The notes under the pieces: model-generated
What the model was told of the DNA's origin: nothing
Seen by the model: the letters and a program-made list of their open reading frames with translations, nothing else
Databases searched by the model: none
Part shown: positions 58,235 through 64,000 of the stretch, piece after piece
Position numbering within the stretch: position 1 is the first letter of the stretch
Layout of the letters: every line of letters starts with the position of its first letter
Program-made: the position numbers and the translations under genes
Assembly (NCBI GenBank): GCA_937934135.1
Contig: CALHAW010000005.1
Location: 1,034 to 65,033, forward strand
Direction of reading: 5' to 3'
From: an uncultured Alphaproteobacteria bacterium
Lineage (GTDB): Bacteria > Pseudomonadota > Alphaproteobacteria > Micavibrionales > Micavibrionaceae
DNA: 64,000 nt

Positions 58235-59518
58235 TCAAACCACTTTTTCTTGATGCGCCTTTATCGCGCGGTAGCCAATGTCACGGCGGCAAAACCCACC
58301 ATCCCAATCAATCGTATCCACCGCTTGATACGCAATATCTTGGGTGCTTTGGATTGTATCGCTCATCCCCACAACACCCAAAACACGTCCACCAATACTG
58401 ATTAATTTATCGCCCTCTTGCGCCGTGCCTGCATGAAATAATTGTGCGCCTTCAATCGCTTTAACCGCTTGCGTGTTTTTAATTTCAGTATTTTTTTCAT
58501 AGGCCGCAGGATACCCCTTCGCCGCCATTACAACACATAACGCAGATTGATTTGACCATTCGGCTTTGACCTCATTCAATGTGCCTATATCTGTTGCCAA
58601 TAATAATTCCACCAAATCACTATTGAGGCGCATCATAAGAGGCTGGCATTCTGGATCACCAAAGCGGATGTTATATTCAATTAAACGCGGCTCTCCCTCT
58701 TTGACCATAAGGCCCGCGAACAACACACCCTTAAACGGCGTACCGTCTTTTTTCATGCCCGCCACGGTGGGGGCAATAATTTTATCTAATATTTTTTGCT
58801 CTAATTCTGCCGTCATAAAATGGGCAGGACTATAGGCACCCATACCGCCTGTGTTCGGCCCTGTATCCCCATCACCAACGCGTTTATGGTCTTGCGCACT
58901 TGTTAGGGCAAGATATGTGTCGCCATCCGCCAGCGCAAAATAACTTAATTCTTCGCCTTCCATAAATTCTTCAATCACCACTTCGGTTCCCGCATCACCA
59001 AACGCATCACCAGATAGCATTTCTTCAATCGCGCTTAATGCTTCGTCTATTGTTTGGGGTAACAACACGCCTTTACCACCGGCAAGTCCATCTGTTTTTA
59101 AAACAATCGGTACGCCTTGTTCCCGGATATAATTTTTTGCTTTTTCAACATCGGTAAAACGCGCATACGCCGCCGTTGGGATATTATGGCGTTTACAAAA
59201 ATCTTTCATAAACCCTTTGGATCCTTCCATCTGCGCCGCCGCTGTATCAGGGCCAAACACCGCAATGCCTTGCGCGCGTAATGTGCTTCCCAATCCATCA
59301 ACCAATGGTTGTTCAGGGCCCACAACAACAAATTCAATGTGATTGGATTGACAAAAATCAATAATTTCATCATGCGCGGACAGCGCAACGCATTGTGCCA
59401 CATCCGCAATACCTGGGTTACCTGGCGCACAAAACAGTTTTTCACAGCGCGGCGATTGCGCCAATTTCCATGCCAATGCATGCTCACGCCCACCAGATCC
59501 AATCAATAATATTTTCAT
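58235..59518 (-). CDS. purD: phosphoribosylamine--glycine ligase
   Basis: MKILLIGSGGREHALAWKL, ATP-grasp region, GPNTGGMGAYSP. Confidence 0.96.
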   Translation of the reverse strand: MKILLIGSGGREHALAWKLAQSPRCEKLFCAPGNPGIADVAQCVALSAHDEIIDFCQSNHIEFVVVGPEQPLVDGLGSTLRAQGIAVFGPDTAAAQMEGSKGFMKDFCKRHNIPTAAYARFTDVEKAKNYIREQGVPIVLKTDGLAGGKGVLLPQTIDEALSAIEEMLSGDAFGDAGTEVVIEEFMEGEELSYFALADGDTYLALTSAQDHKRVGDGDTGPNTGGMGAYSPAHFMTAELEQKILDKIIAPTVAGMKKDGTPFKGVLFAGLMVKEGEPRLIEYNIRFGDPECQPLMMRLNSDLVELLLATDIGTLNEVKAEWSNQSALCVVMAAKGYPAAYEKNTEIKNTQAVKAIEGAQLFHAGTAQEGDKLISIGGRVLGVVGMSDTIQSTQDIAYQAVDTIDWDGGFCRRDIGYRAIKAHQEKVV

Positions 59519-59652
59519 GTAAAAAACCTTTTTATTTTTCGCTTAATTTCAATGAATGTAACCGCAAATAAACGCTAATCAATACAAATAATAATCATTT
59601 CTTTATTCACGCTCATTTATATCAATTTATGGGAAGATTCTTGATGTTAAAA

Positions 59653-62600
59653 TTAATTTTCTAACATCACTAATAACGTATTGCCGCCTGCCGCCGTCAT
59701 ATCAGTACTAATCACACGTTCCACCGCAAAGGCGCGCAAATATTGCGGTCCACCCGCTTTTGGTCCTGTGCCTGATAATCCATGCCCGCCAAAGGGCTGT
59801 ACGCCAACAACCGCGCCGATTGTTCCCCGATTCACATAAATATTCCCCGCCTGAATGCGCGCCGTCACATGTGATATAAAGCTTTCAACACGGCTATGAA
59901 TACCAAAAGTTAACGCGTATCCTTGCGCATTAATCCCATCAATAACTTCATCTATTTTGTTAGATTTATAACGGATCACATGCAAAATTGGGCCAAAAAC
60001 TTCTTCCTTTAGACAATCCAGTGTTTCAATCTCTACTGCCAACGGTGCAAAAAAATGACCTTGCTGGCGCAAATATGGGTCCATCGGGGTACGGGCAATT
60101 TTACGGCTAAATCCTTCAAGGCGGGTTTTATGGGACTGTACCTTCATCAAGGCTTCTTCATCAATCAATGGCCCCACATCTGTTTCCACATCTTGGGGTT
60201 GTCCCAATTTTAATTCCTTCATTGCACCCTGCAACATAATGACCGTTTTATCTGCGACCTCTTCTTGCACAAACAATAAACGGCAGGCCGAACATCTTTG
60301 CCCCGCCGACCCAAACGCGCTCAAAATAACATCATCTACTACTTGTTCCGTCAACGCAGAACTATCGATAATCATCGCATTCTGCCCGCCTGTTTCGGCA
60401 ATCAGTTTTGGAATCGCGCCCTTTTTATCGACTAAGGCACGGTTAATGTGATGCGCCGTATCAGTCGACCCCGTAAACACAACACCCGACACATCCTCAT
60501 GGCTGGTAAGCGCCGCGCCAATATCACCCGCGCCAGAAATAAACGAAAATGCCGCAGGCGGCACACCTGCTTTTAAAATTAATTGGGCAAGGTAATATCC
60601 AATTAAACTTGTTTGTTCTGCTGGTTTTGCAATCACCGCATTTCCTGCCATTAATGCCGCCGTGATTTGCCCCAAATAAATTGCAACAGGGAAATTCCAC
60701 GGACTAATGCAAACAAAAACACCCTTACTATGCAGGGTATAAATATTGGTCTCCCCCGTGGGACTGATAAGGGCGCGTCCCGCTTCATTAAAGTCAATGC
60801 GCCCACGCGCTGCATAATAACGACAAAAATCAACAGCTTCACGAATTTCATCAATGCAATCTTTTAAGGTGCGCCCTGCTTCACGCATGGTTAAGGCGAT
60901 GATTTCCGCCTGATGTTCTTCCAATAAATTTCCTAAATTTTCTAAAATACTGGCTCGTTCTTCGGTACTGGTTTTAGACCATATTTTATGGCCTTGCTTG
61001 GCACACTCAAACGCCCGCGCCACATGATCGACAGACGCAACATACACCTCCCCAACATTATCATTCCTGTTGGCGGGACTTACACTGCCACCATCCAATC
61101 GCGCCCGCATTTTTTTACCGTCAATAACTGGCATGGCTTGATATGTTTGGCTTTTATAACTTTTCACTTCGCCCATTAATTTTTTAAAATCAACAGGATT
61201 ATCCAAATCAACACCGCTTGAATTAACACGCTCTTCTTTAAAAATATCAGGCGGTAAAGTAATTTTAGGGTGCGCTTTTTCCTTATTTTCCCGTGACTGC
61301 ATGACAGGGTCAATCGCCACTGCTTCAGGTTCATATTCCTTATTATAAATCTGATTCACGAATGATGAATTTGCACCATTTTCCAACATACGGCGTACTA
61401 AATAAGGCAATAAATCATGGAACGGCCCCACGGGGGCATAGACACATACATTCACATCAGGGTCGCTAATTAAATGGTTAAAAATTGCATCGCCCATGCC
61501 GTATAATTTTTGAAATTCATACCCCTCTTGGCTGCCATCGCTTTGCGCAACTTCAACAATCGCTGCTACTGTATGCGCATTATGCGTGCCAAACATTGGA
61601 TATAACACATCCCGATTTCTCAACATCTTTTGCGCACATCTTAGATAACTTAAATCCGTATTAGATTTACGCGTGAAAACGGGATACCCCTCATGCCCTT
61701 CCAACTGCGCATGGCGAATTTCTGTGTCCCAATATGCACCTTTTACCAGACGCACTTGCAAACGCCGCTCATAGGTACGCGCCAATCCAATTACATGATC
61801 AATCACATCGGGCGCACCCTTATGATAAGCCTGCACGGCCAACCCAAATCCTTGCCATTCAGGCTGTTCTATCGCGGCCAAAACAGTCTCAAAAATCTGT
61901 AAAGATAATGAAAGACGGCTTACCTCTTCCGCATCAATGGTCAACCCCACATCATAAGACGCCGCAATATCACACAGCGCCGTGATACGCGCCGTTAATT
62001 CAGGCACACAAAATTCTTGCTGCAATGTTTCATACCGGGGATAAAGTGCCGAAAGCTTAACCGATATACCAGGGCGTTGTCCCTTGCCTTCATATGCGCC
62101 TACATCATACAGGGCTTTTTTATATCCTTCAAAATAGGTATCTGCATCGCGCATCGTACGCGCCCCTTCACCCAACACATCATAAGAAAAACGAAATCCT
62201 TTTTCTTCATGGGATCTGGCCGCAGTCATAGCTTTGGGAACATTTTCTCCCACCACAAACTGCTTGCCCAATAAAGTCATTGCCTTTGCCATGGCTTCCC
62301 GAATAACAGGTTCACCTAATTTCGCAAAAACACCATTCATCGTGTCACTAGAAAGCTTTAAACCAAACCCTGCGGCCTTGGTCATCCAGTCTTTTTCTTT
62401 ACCGTTCTTCTTCAACCAATCTGTCCCTGCCACTTTATCACGGATCAATGCAGACGCGGTTTTTGGATCAGGAATCCGTAATAACGCCTCCGCCATGCTC
62501 ATCAACGCCAAACCTTCTTTGGTATCCAACCCATATTGATTGAAAAAACTCTCAAGGCTCATCGGTTTTCTACGTATTTTTCGAATGGTTTGAATATACC

Positions 62601-62718
62601 CGACTGCCCTTGCTTGTACGCTTTGTGCGATGGCGTCATCCCATTTCAGGGCCGCCAAAAGATCATTCACAGATTCTTCTTCGGATAATTTTAAAGATTT
62701 ATAAAGGCGTGCTGGCAT
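59653..62718 (-). CDS. putA: bifunctional proline dehydrogenase / L-glutamate gamma-semialdehyde dehydrogenase
   Basis: PRODH barrel (YDVLGEGA, VRLVKGAYWD) and ALDH domain (FTGSTDTA, ETGGQNAMIIDSSA, GQRCSA). Start set at the ATG at 62718 (MPARLYK). The ORF stays open to 62991, but that part overlaps xseA. Confidence 0.88.
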   Translation of the reverse strand: MPARLYKSLKLSEEESVNDLLAALKWDDAIAQSVQARAVGYIQTIRKIRRKPMSLESFFNQYGLDTKEGLALMSMAEALLRIPDPKTASALIRDKVAGTDWLKKNGKEKDWMTKAAGFGLKLSSDTMNGVFAKLGEPVIREAMAKAMTLLGKQFVVGENVPKAMTAARSHEEKGFRFSYDVLGEGARTMRDADTYFEGYKKALYDVGAYEGKGQRPGISVKLSALYPRYETLQQEFCVPELTARITALCDIAASYDVGLTIDAEEVSRLSLSLQIFETVLAAIEQPEWQGFGLAVQAYHKGAPDVIDHVIGLARTYERRLQVRLVKGAYWDTEIRHAQLEGHEGYPVFTRKSNTDLSYLRCAQKMLRNRDVLYPMFGTHNAHTVAAIVEVAQSDGSQEGYEFQKLYGMGDAIFNHLISDPDVNVCVYAPVGPFHDLLPYLVRRMLENGANSSFVNQIYNKEYEPEAVAIDPVMQSRENKEKAHPKITLPPDIFKEERVNSSGVDLDNPVDFKKLMGEVKSYKSQTYQAMPVIDGKKMRARLDGGSVSPANRNDNVGEVYVASVDHVARAFECAKQGHKIWSKTSTEERASILENLGNLLEEHQAEIIALTMREAGRTLKDCIDEIREAVDFCRYYAARGRIDFNEAGRALISPTGETNIYTLHSKGVFVCISPWNFPVAIYLGQITAALMAGNAVIAKPAEQTSLIGYYLAQLILKAGVPPAAFSFISGAGDIGAALTSHEDVSGVVFTGSTDTAHHINRALVDKKGAIPKLIAETGGQNAMIIDSSALTEQVVDDVILSAFGSAGQRCSACRLLFVQEEVADKTVIMLQGAMKELKLGQPQDVETDVGPLIDEEALMKVQSHKTRLEGFSRKIARTPMDPYLRQQGHFFAPLAVEIETLDCLKEEVFGPILHVIRYKSNKIDEVIDGINAQGYALTFGIHSRVESFISHVTARIQAGNIYVNRGTIGAVVGVQPFGGHGLSGTGPKAGGPQYLRAFAVERVISTDMTAAGGNTLLVMLEN

Positions 62719-62773
62719 AAGTTTTTTCAAAAATGGTTGTTCTTTATAATGACAAACTATAGGCTTTTTTACC

Positions 62774-64000
62774 ATGAACCCGAATGACTTATTCACTATT
62801 GCTGACCAAAAAGCCGATGCCGCCAAAGAGAGCGCACAAGCTAAACCCACGGCGCAAGCCAACAAAACCAAGCCAGCACCACCCAAAACCCCCGCATCTA
62901 CAAAAGCGCCGCCCAACCCTACCCGCTCAAACGTCCCGGAAATGAGCGTCGCCGACCTTGCCAATTCCCTTAAACGCACATTGGAAGACACCTTTTCACA
63001 TATCCGCGTACGCGGTGAACTGTCTGGCCTTAAAATCGCGGCGTCTGGTCATTTATATGGGGACATCAAAGATGTCGATGCCAATATCAATATCGTCTGC
63101 TGGCGTGGTACTGTCGCAAAATTACCCATGCGCCCCGAAGAAGGCATGGATGTTGTTATTACCGGACGCGTTTCCAGCTACGCTAAATCATCCCGCTATC
63201 AAATTATCATTGAAAAAATGGAATTGGCGGGCGAAGGCGCACTGCTTAAACTCCTTGAAGAGCGTAAGAAAAAACTGGCCGCCGAAGGGCTTTTTGATCC
63301 TGCCCGTAAAAAAAACCTACCTTTCATGCCCAATCGCATTGGGGTGATTACATCTCCTACGGGCGCAGTTATTCGGGATATCATGCATCGCCTACGGGAT
63401 CGCTTCCCTTCCCATGTTCTGATCTATCCTGTTCCTGTTCAGGGGCAAGGGGCAGATCAAAAAATTGCCGATGCCATTCATGGCTTCAACACACTCACCC
63501 CTGATTTACGCCCTGATTTATTAATTGTGGCGCGTGGCGGTGGTGCGCTCGAAGATCTAATGGCTTTTAATGAAGAAAATGTTGTCCGCGCTGTGGCAGC
63601 CTCTACCATTCCTGTAATCTCCGCTGTTGGGCATGAAACGGATACAACCTTAATTGATTACGCCGCAGATTTACGCGCACCTACCCCCACTGCCGCCGCA
63701 GAAATGGCCGTCCCCATCCGCCTTGACCTCATGGCGCAATTACAAAATAATCAAGACCGCCTGATAAAAGGCGCAACCCGTTTGTTAAATGAACAAAAAA
63801 ACAATCTCAAAAACCTTACTGCCCGCCTTGGTGATCCGCGTAAAATATTAGAAAGCAAAACACAGACTATTGATTTCTTATCTGAAAAACTCTCAAACAG
63901 TCTGCGTAACCAGCTTCATACCAAACAGGCATCTTTGCAAAATATCGCCGCAAAACTCATCAGCCCTAAATTCCTAATTGAACAAAAAAGGCAATCTGTT
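62774..64000 (+). CDS. xseA: exodeoxyribonuclease VII large subunit (partial; continues beyond the window)
   Basis: [29 protein letters not shown] (OB fold), [31 protein letters not shown]. The alternative start at ATG 62942 would remove a 56-aa Pro/Ala/Lys-rich N-terminus. Confidence 0.85.
   Translation, partial: MNPNDLFTIADQKADAAKESAQAKPTAQANKTKPAPPKTPASTKAPPNPTRSNVPEMSVADLANSLKRTLEDTFSHIRVRGELSGLKIAASGHLYGDIKDVDANINIVCWRGTVAKLPMRPEEGMDVVITGRVSSYAKSSRYQIIIEKMELAGEGALLKLLEERKKKLAAEGLFDPARKKNLPFMPNRIGVITSPTGAVIRDIMHRLRDRFPSHVLIYPVPVQGQGADQKIADAIHGFNTLTPDLRPDLLIVARGGGALEDLMAFNEENVVRAVAASTIPVISAVGHETDTTLIDYAADLRAPTPTAAAEMAVPIRLDLMAQLQNNQDRLIKGATRLLNEQKNNLKNLTARLGDPRKILESKTQTIDFLSEKLSNSLRNQLHTKQASLQNIAAKLISPKFLIEQKRQSV

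Noticed and set aside
62719-62991. N-terminal 91-codon extension of the putA ORF ([14 protein letters not shown]...[14 protein letters not shown]...)
   Set aside because: It overlaps the xseA 5' coding or leader region on the opposite strand and looks like a mirror-frame artefact. PutA-like sequence only begins after the Met at 62718.
1-64000. CRISPR arrays, tandem repeat arrays, IS elements, rRNA
   Set aside because: Reading through all intergenic regions longer than 100 nt, I found no regularly spaced direct repeats, no transposase-like ORFs and no rRNA-like sequence. I saw only the short palindromes and repeats reported above.

Overview
This window looks like core chromosome from a moderately AT-rich alphaproteobacterium. 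The taxon is inferred only from gene content and order: lspA followed by a small lipoprotein and an M16 peptidase pair, an ATP12 chaperone, rpoZ-spoT, ctaG-ctaE-DUF983-SURF1, an IalB-like protein and a PleC/DivJ-like kinase. I can support about 70 protein genes and one tRNA (Gly-GCC). The genes cover translation (ileS, rpsF-rpsR-rplI, secY-adk, rpsM-rpsK-rpoA-rplQ), DNA repair (mutL, tag, a UDG, xseA, rarA), purine, leucine and pantothenate synthesis (purN, purD, leuA, panB), cytochrome oxidase assembly, an envelope thiol-reductant cluster, and putA. I saw no CRISPR array, rRNA, intact mobile element or recognisable multi-gene defence locus. The non-core material is small. (1) A decayed islet sits next to tRNA-Gly, with an internal integrase fragment, an AT-rich MFS-like gene, an orphan gene and an unclassified structured leader that has a terminator and competing helices. 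(2) A very AT-rich orphan gene with a helix-hairpin-helix motif abuts the purD stop codon. (3) Orphan ORFs sit at two discontinuities of the ribosomal-protein super-operon. Smaller points are a Leu-rich leader peptide before leuA, a VanX-like peptidase with an altered metal-ligand motif, and an L9 with a long acidic tail. All product calls come from motif and sequence recognition by eye, with no database search. The starts of several genes were moved downstream of the longest ORF.
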